NCBI RefSeq assembly: GCF_036321535.1
Contig: NC_087437.1
Location: forward strand, 33,358,001-33,422,000
Reading direction: 5' to 3'
From: Camelus dromedarius
Lineage: Eukaryota
DNA: 64,000 nt
Both the position numbers and the translations under genes were made by a program. Below, one piece after another: positions 51,831 to 64,000 of this stretch (within the stretch, counting starts at the first letter, position 1; the number at the start of each line of letters is the position of its first letter). The notes under the pieces were generated by a model. The model was not told the DNA's origin. It saw nothing but the letters and a program-made list of their open reading frames with translations, and did no database searches.

Positions 51831-52499
51831 CTACTTCCCACCCCAACACACACAACAAGCCATCCCCGGTGCGAGGCCCATGGGGTGTGCAGTTCCTGTA
51901 CTTTCACAGCTTTTCTTGTCTGGCCTAGATTTTGACTAGCCCAACCCCTATTTCTTTTCTCCTGATTTGTACCACAAGAACTGGATTGGCACAGTATAAG
52001 TATGGACATCCATCTTCTCATACCTTCCCCACTGGACAAAGATAGACAGTGCCTGCCACAGGTCACAGGTCTGAGCTTTTGAGTAGTGTTGGAATGCATG
52101 GTTTTGGAGGAGCTTGAGATCTGAGACAGTGGCTGAAGAGATTTATCTTTCTAACATTCCCAAGGGTGTATAAACTATAAACTGGAAAACAGTATGTTTA
52201 CGCTGACTTAGGTGTCGCTTTAAATCTAGGATTCTCTTTAGGTCCAGAAACATCCTTATGTAAGAGGAGAAAGGATCCATTCGTTTATTCAGTATACATT
52301 AATGTTGCTTTTCCTGGCTTTGGGCAATTTTCTAGAAATGAGGTATGTATATATTCAATAGTAGAACAGTCCCAAGAGTTATCTTAGCAACTGAATGGAA
52401 TAGATAGTATTTCGGTAAGTGGCCTTGATAGTGGAGGCCCTATCTGATCATTGGCTCATAGAGTGTTAGGACGGAAGGGATTCTAGAAATGATTTAATT

Positions 52500-52968
52500 C
52501 ACCCTTTTCAAACTTCATTTGGGTACCTCCTTTTCAAGATTTTAAAAAATATCTGTGTAATTAGCACTTACATATTATTTAATATTTTTCTTTAAATCAA
52601 CTTCTTGTTTTTATTTAAATAAATTACATTATGCCATAAATGAAATCATTATGCCATAAATAGAAAATATATATATAATTGACTACAATAAGGCTAAAAC
52701 AATATGTTAATTCTAGCTAACCAGTTTGTCTTTGGAAGGTTCTGAACTTAAGTTTTGCCCTCTCTTTGTTAAAAAAGGAGATTTGCTTGCATTAGGGAGG
52801 TGTCTCTAGCACCAAGCTGAGACTTTCTCCTTGACCCTCTTAGAAAACTTAAAAAGAGCATTGAAAAGGAAATAACTGTCTTACTTTGATATTCAATATT
52901 ATTTAATACTTTTTACCAACTCGTCTACTACTTTCACTAATATAGATCCCAAATTTTGGAACACATTA
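52500..52968. mobile_element. hAT-Charlie element (MER113-like) inserted in a MIR (about 52455-53070)
   Basis: tttgttaaaaaaggagatt...tagcaccaagctgagactttctccttgac...ttgaaaaggaaataact...; MIR-like sequence on both sides. Confidence 0.65.
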
Positions 52969-53888
52969 TCTTTGTTTAATCTCCTTAGTTTTCAAAGTAG
53001 AAAACTTAGGTTCACAAACATCAGTTATTGGGCAGTTCAACCCTGAAACCTGGGTCTCCTAATTGCCATTCTTTTCCCAACACCCTCTCCCTGCAATTAA
53101 AACAACACAAAAGTGTGATGCTTTTTAGAGGTAACCTGTCACCTTAGGGCATGGCCCATCTGAACTCTCCTGTGACTAGTTACAGGATTATGCTTTTGGT
53201 AATGAGGCAACATTGCTTTCCTGCCTTCTTTGAGTAGATTTAGTATTCCCTTTATATATCTGCTTGCTTATTTGTATATATTTATTTGTACTGAAACACA
53301 GTTTATGTGGAATTTGAATTTTGGAGGTTCTCAAAATTAAGAGACTGAATTCAACTCAACGTCAGCAAATCAGCAGTAAACAGTGCGGGTCCCGGCACCA
53401 TCCCCCCACCCCCGCTACACTGCCTGTGATGAAGTGATGAACAGCTGGGGTTTTGCTATTACCCTGGGAGCAGTTTATTTCAACCTTGTCAGAGTCTACC
53501 TGCTTGCTATTCCTTTTCTCGTCAGAGAACTTGAAGCAAATATTGTATTATGCTCTTTAAAATTAAAGCTAAAGAAGGGCTTAGGACCACACCAAAGCAT
53601 ACACTAGGGGTGGGAGTGGAGGGGCTAAGGCATTATCATTGTCTCTGAGACACACTTGGTCACGTTTTTCTGAAGATATTTTACACTTTACACCTTGCTG
53701 TGAAGGAAAAAGAACTACATAGCTGTCCAAAGAAGGCAGATTTAAAATCACAAAATGCTTTTGAGTTTTAGGGTTTTTTTTTTTTTTCTGAAGATAAACA
53801 TTATTCTGTTTGGGTCTTCTTGTTATCATTACTTTTATTGTTCTTGTTTTTGATTCACTTGTTTTATTGATGATGCAAACTTAATTTT

Positions 53889-55410
53889 ATTTTTAAAATT
53901 TTTATTTGGTTTTGTTTTTTATTGAAGTATAGATGATTTACAATTTTGTTTGTTTTAGGTGTATAGCAAAGTGATTCAGTTATATATATATGTATATGTG
54001 TGTGTGTTTGTGTGTGTGTGTGTATACATATATTCTTTTTCAGGTTCTTTTCCATTGAATGTTATAATAAGATTTTGAGTGTAGTTCCCTATGCTGTACA
54101 GTAGGTCCTTTTATTTTATATGTAGTAGTTTGTGTCTGTTAATCCCAAACTCCTAATTTATTCCTCCCTTCCCACCTCTTTTCTTTCCCCTTTGATAACC
54201 ATAAGTTTCTTTTCTATGTCTGTGGATCTATTCCTATTTTTTAAAAAGTTCATTTGTATCAAAAGTTTCCACATATAAGTACTATCATGTGATTGTCTTT
54301 CTGTCTGACATACTTCACTTAGTATGATAAACTTAGTTTCATCTAGATTGCTGTAAATGGCATTATTTCATTCTTTTTTATGGCTGAGTAATATTCCATT
54401 ATCTATATATTCTTTCTTGATTCATCTGTCAACAGACATTTAGGTTGCTTTCATGTCTTGGGTATTGTAAATAGTGCTACTATGAACATTGGGGTGCATG
54501 TATCTTTTCAACTTACAGTTTTATCTGGATATATGCCCAGAAGTGGGATTGCTGGATCATATACATCTAATTTTAGTTTAAGGATCCTCCATATTGTTCT
54601 CTATAGTGGCTGCACCAGTTTACATTCCTACCAACAGTGTAGGAGGGTTTCCTTTCCTCCACATCCTCTCCAGCATTTGTTATTTGTAGACTTTGACGAT
54701 GGCCATTCTGACCTGTGTGAGGTGATGTCATTGTTTTATTTCCATTTCTCTAATAATTTAGTGATGTTGAGCATCTTTTTGTATGCTTGTTGGTCATCTG
54801 TAGGTCTTCTGCCCATTTTTTGATTGGGTTTTTTGGTTTTTTGATATTGAGCTGTGTATGCTTGCTGCATGTATACTTTGGAAATAAATCCCTTGTCAGT
54901 CACATTATTTACAAATATTTCCTCCCATTCCATAGGTTTTCCTTTCATTTTGTGGATAGTTTTCTTTGCTATACAAAAAAAGCTTTTAAGTTTCATTAGG
55001 TCCCATATTTTTATTGTTGTTTTTATTTCCATTACTCTAGCAGATGGATCGAAAAAATATTGCTGTAATTTATGTCAGAGTTTTATATATTTTCCTCTAG
55101 GAGGAAAGTTTGAGTAGCCAGTTTTACATTTAGGTCTTTAATCCATTTGAGTTTACTTTTGTAGAATATTCTAATTTCATTCTTTTACATGTATCTGTCC
55201 AGTTTTCTCAGCACCACTTACTGAAGAGACTGTCTTTTCTCCATTGTATATTCTTGCCTCCTTTGACCATAAATGTGTAGGTTTATTTCTGGGCTTTCTA
55301 TTCTATTCCATTGATCTATGTGTCTGTTTTTGTGCCAGTAGGATTTTGATTACTGTAGCTTTGTCTGAAGTGAGGGAGCCTGATTCCTTCAGCTCCATTT
55401 TTCTTTCTCA
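53889..55410 (-). mobile_element. Lineage-specific (cetartiodactyl-type) L1, 5'-truncated, with TSD
   Basis: ttgaagtatagatgatttaca...gtatagcaaagtgattcagttata 3' UTR; antisense ORF2 C-terminus; 14-bp TSD gcaaacttaatttt (53875-53888) / gcaaacttattttt (55411-55424). Confidence 0.92.
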
Positions 55411-55513
55411 GCAAACTTATTTTTAAAAGCCTACATTTTATTACTTTTTTAAAGTGCATTTGAGATTAATGTCAAATAAATAATAGTTGAAGACTTTTTG
55501 AATGTTTGGCCTT

Positions 55514-56030
55514 TGTATTATGTTGCTTCTATGAAAAATTATCACAAACTTAGTGTTAAAATAACACAAATTTATTGTGTTACATTTCTGTAGGTCAGAA
55601 GTCTGACATAGGTCTCACTGGCTAAAATCAAGATGTCAGCTGAACTGCACTGTTTTTGAAGCTATAGGAGAGAATCCATTCTTGCTTTTTACAGCTTCTA
55701 GACTTCGCCTGCATCCCTTGGCTCATGGCACCCATCCTCCATATTCAAAGCCAAAAATGGCTGGTTGAGTCTTTCTCACGTTGCATCACAATGTTATCAC
55801 AATATTATTGACATAATTCTTCTTCCTCTTCCTCCCACTTTTAAGGACCCTTGTGATTATATTGGGTTCACCTGGATAATTCAGGCAACTCTCCCTACAT
55901 TAAGGTTAAGGTCAATTGACAAGCAAATTTAATTGCATCTGCACCCTTAATTCCCCTTTGCCATTTAATGTAATAGTGACAGTTTCAATGATGTGGACAT
56001 CTTTAGGGGGACATTATTCTGCCTATTGTA
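55514..56030 (-). mobile_element. ERVL-MaLR solo LTR (MLT1D-like)
   Basis: cacaaacttagtg...ttctgtaggtcagaagtctgacataggtctcactggctaaaatcaag...taaggacccttgtgattatattggg; 5-bp TSD gcctt/gtctt. Confidence 0.9.
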
Positions 56031-57949
56031 GTCTTTTCTTCAAAGTTATATCTTTGTGCATTTAAAAACAAAAATACATCTTGAATAAAATATGAATTGA
56101 TTGTAATGATTATCTATTAATTTATTTTAAAATCAAATATATCATTATATAAATTAACATTTTGTGGAGACAGTATATTTGCATTTCAGAGGTTTAAATT
56201 CATTATAAAATCTGGGGTTTTTTTCTTACAATTAAAATAGTATTATTAAGAGTCTTTTCTGACTTACCATTCAGTCTTTATCTTTTATATGTTTCTGGTA
56301 TTTAGATGTGAAGTTTACAGAGATGTTAATCAGCTCTTTGGTAGGTGGATTTTATGAATTTTGATTTTGATATGCTTTTCAATTCACTGATTTTTCCTTG
56401 TCTTCCTCTAGTCCATTCTTTCCACATCATCCCTGTATTTCCTTCTACTCAGAGTTTTTCCTACAATTACTAATAAAAATCAACTTCAACACTTCCAGTA
56501 GAGGCTTCAGATCCTCACAGGGAGAAGACTATATTCTACCTTGGATTTACTTTTAATTTGTTCTGGCCTAATCTAGAAAGATTTCACAGATTCTGAATTC
56601 ATTCATTACATCAACAGATATTACAGTTTGGCATCTACTGTGTACAAAAGTGCTTTCAAAGAAATCAGAACGTGTTATGTATGGTTTCTGTTCTCAGAGA
56701 GGCAAGATGAAGAAGTTAAACCAGCATAAGAATAATGTATTAATACAGATTGACCAGACAGGAAGTGTCACAAGCAGCACATCATCAGTGATTAATTGGC
56801 AAATCAGTGGAACAGGAAATAAGTATAATGAGCTCTGAGAAAGGATAACTCTCTTTGTGTTGTGTGTACCCCATGCCTGTATATTACCTATTACCACTTA
56901 ATTAACTCCATCAGGCATGCCCCCCAAACCCACGGCAGTGCTCCACATCATCATTAACCTGTCCTTGTAAAAGGAAAAATCTTGGTGCCAGATGCAAGTA
57001 AAGATATAAAGTTTATGCTCGGATTTGGAGGAATTATAACTATTTTCAGAAACCTGGGGTTAATAGGGTCATTTGCAGAAGGTCAGCATAAAGTACTCAT
57101 GGTGAGTGTTCAGTAAATATCTGTTAAAATGAAATGATATGACTCAACTGTTACTATTTTTTTCCAAGTTGATAGACATTTTCCTAAATTTTTGCTATAT
57201 ATTACCTTAATCTCTTTATGACTCTGATTTATTTATTTTTGGGGGATTTTTCAAGTTGTTATATACATTACTCAATTTAAAATCAGTGGTAGATTTAATT
57301 TATATAATGTCTTCTTGTTATTAATGTGCGTTAAGTAAAATTCAGACTGATATTTTAAGTAATATTTTCTGCCAAAGGACCATTTTCTTTCATCTCAAAT
57401 TATGAAGTCTGATCAGATGGGTTCGTTAGACTTTAATTATATAATTTTAGCCTATCCTAAGAAATTTAAAACTATTGAAGACTATTTTTTAAAAAAACTG
57501 TCGACTTATAGCAAAATCTTGTGACTGAGTGGAGGGGAAGTGCGTTTATGATAAGGTTTTCTGTCAGTACAGTCTTCCTTCCTCATCACAATGTATCTCT
57601 GCCTGATCCTTCACTCCATTATAGGTATATCCCTTTCTCTAGTAGTCTCCTTTCAGTAAGATTAAGCTACCCAACAATGGAACGTGTTTTGCCTGGAAGC
57701 AGATAACTAGAAGTTCTTTTATCTCCTGTCTCATATTGTTATTAGCACCAACTATCACTAACACAGAGACCACTTTTATAAAGAACATTTTTTTACACAT
57801 GCATGTGTATTTTCATGCATGCATTTGCAAAGGAAGAAAGCAGAGTTAGGAAAAAGGTGACTTAGCTTGGTAGAGCCTGGCTAGCTGCTCACCAAATCCC
57901 TTTTCATTATCAGCCGCTTGTGTGTGATCCTGCGTAATTTCTCCCCACC

Positions 57950-58176
57950 AGACACTGGACGTTGACACCAGAAGTGAGCCTGCAACCTTTGTACTGAAGA
58001 TGACAAAGACACAATATGGAAGAAGCCTGGGTCCCTGAGTCACTGCTTGGAGGTGAGTCCTCTGCTGCTCTGGAATACTAGGTATTATAATTTATATAAA
58101 CAAGACATATATATTTCTCTTGAGTTTGAGTATTTGGTCATTTTGTTACAACAGCTGAAATAACTTAATTGGTACA
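57950..58176 (+). mobile_element. Old MLT1 LTR fragment
   Basis: atggaagaagcctgggtccctgagtcactgcttggagg...tttgttacaacagc...aattggtaca. Confidence 0.65.
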
Positions 58177-58189
58177 CTTGGGTCTGCTA

Positions 58190-59465
58190 AAGGTATTTCT
58201 CTCAGCCTCAATTTCCTCTTCTTTAAAATGAAGGAATTTGCCACACTGGCCCCCTTGCTCTTCCCCAAAGACACTGAACACTTGGAACTTCTGTGCTTGT
58301 TGTTTCCTTTACTTGAAAACTCTTGTCTGAGAAATTTACGTGGCTTGTACCCTCAAATCTCAGTTCAGCCTAAATGTGACCTTGTCACTTGCCACTCTGA
58401 GTATAATCACATTTCCCCATCTCCATTGCTCTTTTCCCCTCTTATCTTACTCTAGTTTCCCTTATAACACAAATACCAAACAATTGATCTACTTATTTAT
58501 TTATTTGGCACTCAGTAAAACATTTGTTGAATAATTGTATGAATGAAGTGCTCTCCAAGGTGCCAGACAGCTATAAAAGACTATGTTCCCTACATTTGAG
58601 AATTTATAATCTAAGGGGAAAACTAAAACAAACTAAAAAAATAAATCTTAAAAACACAAGAGGCATATAAACTTTGTCAACATTATATTGCCAAAAATGT
58701 AAGGGAAGATAGGGATTCTAATGATTGTTGAGTACTTATTAAGTATTGCATACTAAAATTTTCAAGACTTTTTTTCATTTGATGACTCTGCAAAGTCAGT
58801 ATTACTTCACCCATTCCATTTGATAGATGAGGAAACAGGTTAAGAGGGCTGGAATGGAAAGCTTCAGGAGAGTAGGATCAAATCCATCTTATTCACCATT
58901 GTATCTCTGGCGTTTAGTAAAGCTTCTGACAGATAGAAAGAAATAAAGTTTTTTTTTTTTTAACAGAAAATGAGTTAAGTAACTGGTCCATGGTGAGATG
59001 ATTGGGATTAAAACACATATTTACCTGAATACAAAGTTCATGCTTTTTTTCCACTATGTGAAGATGGCAGATATGTGGCACTCATATCCAGTGCCTGACT
59101 CTGGGCTGTTGCTTTTTCTGTTCCTTCTGATGAAAGGCTGTCCCCTTAGTAATCATATGTCTGAGATGTTTCTATTTGTCAGGCATCAGCCCAGCCATCA
59201 CCTCTGTGGAGAGGCTTCCCCTGACCACTAGGTTGGAAGTAGCCCTCTTCAGTTACTGTCTGTGCATTACCTGTTTGTTGCATAGTACCTACCACCACAT
59301 AAAATTATCTCACTTACTTGTTTGCTTTTTAATTGTCTCTCTATCCTAGTAGAATGTAGATTCCCTGAACATAGGGACTTTCTCTGTCTCTACTTCATCC
59401 CTAGTGCCTGACACATAGTTGACGCTCAATAAATATTTATTGAATAAATAATCAAATCAATGAAT
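58190..59465. mobile_element. Cluster of MIR and L2 fragments
   Basis: MIR cores at about 58200 (+) and 58825 (-); L2 3' ends at about 58545 and 59450 (cacatagttgacgctcaataaatatttattgaat). Confidence 0.7.
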
Positions 59466-59594
59466 CAGTAATTTGATCAATGTTGCCATTCTGTCTTCCT
59501 GTGCTCATGGGCAGACGTTACTAATCAATCATGTCACTCTCCCCAACTAAATCCTAACTCTTAATCAGAAAACTTTACACTATAGCCCTCTAGG

Positions 59595-59755
59595 CACTTG
59601 GTACTCAAAGTATGACTCATTGACCGACAACATCAACATCACCTGAGAGCTTGTTAGAAATGCACATTCTCAGGACCCACTCAGACCTCCTGTATCAGAA
59701 TCTGCATTTTAACAAGATCCCCCATTCTTGTACTCATCAAAGTGTGAGAAACATG
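59595..59755. mobile_element. hAT-Charlie MER5A1-like element
   Basis: catcacctgagagcttgttagaaatgcacattctcagg...cagaatctgcattttaacaagatcccc; 8-bp TSD cctctagg/actctagg. Confidence 0.85.
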
Positions 59756-61179
59756 ACTCTAGGAATATAGATAATACCAATCAGTTAGGCTTGGCAGATA
59801 AGAGAAACCCTCTTTACTGTCTCTGTGTGCTCTTCCATGATGCTTACCCAGAGATTGACCCCTGCTTTGGTATTATTATGTATTATCTGGAGTGATTAGG
59901 TCCGAGTGGACTTAATGTGAAAATGTTTCATAGAAAAGATGAGCTTCAAGTATTTAAAAAAATGTGTGTGTGGGGGATTTGGTTTGCTGCAAAGGGGAAG
60001 AGAAACATTCTGGGTCAAAGAAAATTGAACAAGTCCATTTGGGATCATCTACCCATGGGAATAGATGAACATCTATGTGTAGAGTTGGAAGGATTCTTGG
60101 TCCAGAGCAGTGCTTACCTCCGATGAATGGACATAGAGGAAGGAAAATTAAAGTACCAGTAGAGGGAATGGGTAAAAATAGCATAAAAGGGACACATGGG
60201 CAGAACAAGGCTAGAAAGGGTCCAAGCAAAGAGTGATATTAGTAATTAAAAGGAGGTGCATTGGGGGAGAGAGAGGGGGAACCTGCCAGGGAAATTGAAT
60301 TTGGTAAGAAGAATGTTATGAATGCTCTTAGAGAAAATAATTATACTAGGTAGTGAGGACACAGGTTATCATGTGAGAAGTTAAAAAATTAAAGGCTTTA
60401 ACCAAAAAGAGGCTGATGGAAAAATGAACCATGGATATAGATCATTTGTTCATCAAATTTACCATTAAAGGAATCACAGGGAGGAGACAGTTTAGCTGGA
60501 AGGGTGATGGGCTCAAGAATTACCTCCTGGATCTGGGCACTGGAGTCCCTGCCCTGAGCCCTGTGCCTTAGGGGGCTTGACTTGTGTCCTTCTCTGGTCA
60601 TGGCCTTCCCTGCAGGTGAAGGAGTGAGGAACCAAGGGGACATGCCCTCCTGGAGTCCTTGGCCCCCTTTATAAAACATAGTCCCATAAACTAAACTTCA
60701 GAAGTCCCTACCTAAATGACCCCAAAGTCATTTCTAGGGCCCATGAAAACCTCTTCCTTTGGCTCAGTGTTTGGAAGGCAGGACTACATAACTAGAGTGC
60801 ACATATCTCAACCCAAGAGGTGTGAAGTGGGGGTGTTTTTGGCCATGGGGTGGGGGTGGTCTGAACAGAACTTGCACTTGTCTTCTGGGCTGTCACACAC
60901 ACGCCTGCGAGGACCCACATACTGCTGGATGGAGGTGGGGATGTGAAGAGAAGGGGGCCAGGCCAAGGGGTGGGGGTGGCAGCTTCCGACTGCATTGTTG
61001 CCCTGGGGCTGCTATTGGTCTCAAGTGATGTCATTGTCACTCTGTTCTGTACTCCATGAATCCTTTTATCCCTTTAGGGGAAAAGATGTCTTCATAACTC
61101 ATGAATTTAATTAATTTTGCTTGAATCTTCAATTAGGGATGTTGAATGATACACAGCTGAATGTCGTATATTTACTGAT

Positions 61180-61325
61180 TCTTCAAGCATTCATTCAGGA
61201 GGCACTAATGTGGTATCTTCAATAAGTATTTGTACTCCCAGTGCAGATGTGGGACTCATCAGAGTGCTATAGGGGAAATACAGATTAGACTGAGCCCCTG
61301 TTTATAATGCACTTCCATTTTTGGA
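61180..61325 (-). mobile_element. L2 fragment
   Basis: caataagtatttgtactcccagtg...agagtgctataggggaaatacaga...gcccctgtttt. Confidence 0.45.
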
Positions 61326-61929
61326 AAAGACCTTTTATCACGGGAGCCATTTCTAGTGTACTAAAATTAACCACCATGTGATTGTAGCATTTACAGTAAC
61401 ATCATGCTTGTGTCTAGCATCTGTGTTTGTCTCCTTGTTAATTCCTGAACCTTCCCATTTATTTTTCATGTTCACAAAGGTTAATTGACATCGACTACTG
61501 TTTATATGAGGAATTCCTCGATGAGTCTTAGTGGTGGTCACTTTGCAAGGTTTCAGTTCAGTTGAGCAGGCACTTTGATAGTCAGTCTACAAGGCTGTCT
61601 GGAAGCCTAGCACTTAACTGAAGTGCACTACCTCTGACTGGGGTGGATTGTTAGGCATGGGGAGCAGGGGGCTTGATTTTCTTGCCTCTCTGCTTTCATA
61701 TAGTTTAATCCTCCATACACTGACTCCCTCTTCAGGTTCTTACAGGCACTGCTTCCCTTTGCCAAGATGTTCTGTGGACAGAACAGTAATGACTTACCAG
61801 TGATACTCTGATGCCTTGGGCTGAGGTAGGGCAGTAAGACCACATTATGTTTGTATACTGTTCTTTGATTGGTATACAAATTAGTAGACATGGTGGTGTT
61901 TTGCATAAATCAAAACTACCAAGTGGGCA

Positions 61930-62050
61930 GGGCTGACTTAATCCCCACTACACTGACGGGAGATCTAGGGTAAGGTCGCAGTGCTACGTGGCGGAGCAGC
62001 AACTGAGACCCTGGACCTTCTGACTCCTGGTCCAGTGCTTGTCCCCTGCA
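61930..62050 (-). mobile_element. MIR fragment
   Basis: atccccactacactgacgggag...taaggtcgcagtgctacgtggcggagc...ttctgactcctggtccagtgctt. Confidence 0.6.
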
Positions 62051-64000
62051 CCAGGTGGCACTTGGACCCATTTCCTTTGGAGTGAGAATCAGCTGTGCTT
62101 GCTGTGGAAGACCCCCGTGCTCTGTACATTTTGAGAATCAGTGACTCTCACAGATGTCCCTTCTTGATTCCAAGTTGGTAACTGACTCCTAGCCACTCAC
62201 TCCCTTTCCCTTCCCTGGGCTTGTGTGGGCGGTGCTTGTGCACGGTTCTCACTTTCTTCCACTGGCTAGGCTTTCAGGGCTTGAAAGGGTTGCCACTTGC
62301 TGTTTTCATGTAAAGAATCCAATGCATTTGTCTTATGGCAAAATATATAGTGATAAGTACACAATTGTATTCGTGTGTAGTATATTGTCTTGTGATTTTA
62401 TACCTTTTATCACCAGCTGGAATCAATGCAAAAAGCGAGGGTGTGGGTAATTTAGCCTGAGTGTTGATGGTTTACTAGAGGCAGGGAAATCATGTCAATT
62501 TTTTCTTAGGTGAGTGAGTGTTTAGGGTTGAGATGTCCGTCTAGCATGGCACTGACTGTTACCTTCTTGTAAAATCACCTCCTTATCCTTTGTCATTTGG
62601 ATCTAGAGAAATAATATCCATAAGGTCAGGAAAATGGGGTTAATACCACCACCCCAGCTTCCTGTTCCACACCCACGGTGCCAGCCGGCGTCTTGGCTGA
62701 GGCTTCCTGCAGACCCGTGGTGGTCTGCCCCTCTGCTGTCTGTGCAGAGCACCATCTGGGGTTGCTGGCCCCGTGGCAGCACCACATCTCTGGGGATGGG
62801 TAGGCATCAGAAGCTTCCCAGCCTCCGGCCCTTCTGCCTGAGGTGGCCTGCCAGCTCCTCACAGGTGTCCCGCTGATGCATCAGTGTCACAGGATCTAGG
62901 GACCCTATATGGGCCCAAAAAGGACACGAGTGCACCCCTGCCTGCACTGGAGGCTCTGCAGGTTCATGGAGGAAGTAGGGTGCCTTTGGAGTTCACTCTC
63001 TTTAGCCCCTGACTGGCTTGATGTGTGGGGATTATCAGAGATTTTCCAAGCAGCAAGCAAGAATTTACAAGACAAAACTCATAGATAGAATAATCTTGCT
63101 GAACTCACAGCTGTGATACTGGGACCTCATTCTATTTTAAATTCCTTTGCCACTGCGCATGGGTAGTGTGGAATTGCAGTATCCCAAGTGGTCTCTCCCT
63201 GGATTAGGTGTATGGTGGACATCTGCTGACCAGCACTTGCAGAAGTTGAATTCTTACCTGACACTGTTTGCAGGGAGTCTTGTAGCCAGAGCCTTTAAAT
63301 CAAAGGGACTCATCAGGGAGAACAAAAGGTAATCTCCTGCCCTTGAGAGACAGGCCCTAATGTTGTTCCATTAACTGTCTTCCTTAAATATCTGAATGAT
63401 TTAAGTAACTGGAGTGCATTTGCCTCCCTGAGTCTGTCCTGGTTAGGCAGGATGAGCATTACACACGCACACACATCCACACACATGCACACGTGCACAC
63501 ACATACACTCGGCAGTCTGGTTCCTCCAAGGGTACAGTACATGGCGCTATTTATCATTCATTGAAATATATGAGATCTCTGTTATGAAATGTTCTGTCTC
63601 CAAAAACAGATATTGCTTCTCTTTTAGAAAAATATCCTTGGCTGGATCCCTGGAACTTTAATTAAAATCCTGGTTGCTCTTTAAAAAAAACATTATTGCA
63701 TTTCAGACAGCTTGGATGTAAAACAGTGAGGCCAGGAACCAGAACATTTTGCTGGTGGGATGGAAGGGACTGTGAGGACATATCAGAGGGCTGCCTGGGC
63801 TAGCTGGTCTGATGGGTCTCAGAGGACAGCTCCTTGAGAGAAGCCACCTACTTGAGGACCAGGCCATCAGCCCCGAGTCCCCCATTTGAAGGTAATTATT
63901 GGAAGCGGTCACAAATTTTCTTCCATTCCTGCCCTTGACATTCTCTGGGCTGTTATAAACAAAACTAAAAGGGTTACCATTAGCTAATTAGTTAATTCAT

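Noticed and set aside
51188..52665. Short tandem duplications (ttatcattttttcc x2; cattatgccataaat x2)
   Set aside because: Ordinary slippage duplications.
53420..53520. GTGATGA box C-like motifs (possible snoRNA)
   Set aside because: No matching box D (CTGA) or terminal stem at a suitable distance.
62600..62980. GC-rich patch with overlapping ORFs (possible CpG island or exon)
   Set aside because: Too few CpGs for an island, no protein similarity recognised and no clear splice pair.
63707..63891. tttcag...GAAG|gtaatt exon-like unit on +
   Set aside because: Stops in all three frames and a weak polypyrimidine tract; cannot be supported as coding.
1..64000. Prokaryotic-style systems (operons, CRISPR arrays, defence islands), rRNA or tRNA genes
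   Set aside because: Mammalian repeat-rich DNA; no long ORFs, no regularly spaced direct repeats, and no rRNA or tRNA sequence recognised.

Overview
Mammalian (eutherian) nuclear DNA that is AT-rich, CpG-depleted and dense in decayed interspersed repeats: MIR, L2, L3/CR1, several L1 generations, HAL1, MaLR/ERVL/ERV1 solo LTRs and hAT DNA transposons. The youngest L1 (53.9-55.4 kb) has a cetartiodactyl-type 3' end. I saw no ruminant, whale or pig SINEs, so a camelid-like host is plausible (inference). No intact gene is present. The supplied ORFs are repeat-derived or chance ORFs. The best gene-like signal is a 26-nt exon with strong splice sites at 5077-5102 (+), set in about 2 kb without recognisable repeats. 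With the mostly antisense L1 orientation, this suggests the window is mostly a very large intron of an unidentified + strand gene. I cannot support a new biological system. The best leads are the microexon, an atypical tail-less L1 fragment inside an LTR (13.0-13.4 kb), a short Gypsy-RT-like peptide (20.9 kb) and an unassigned CpG-retaining, stop-poor segment (9.0-9.65 kb). Repeat family names are from memory of consensus sequences and boundaries are approximate. Both need RepeatMasker/Dfam confirmation.
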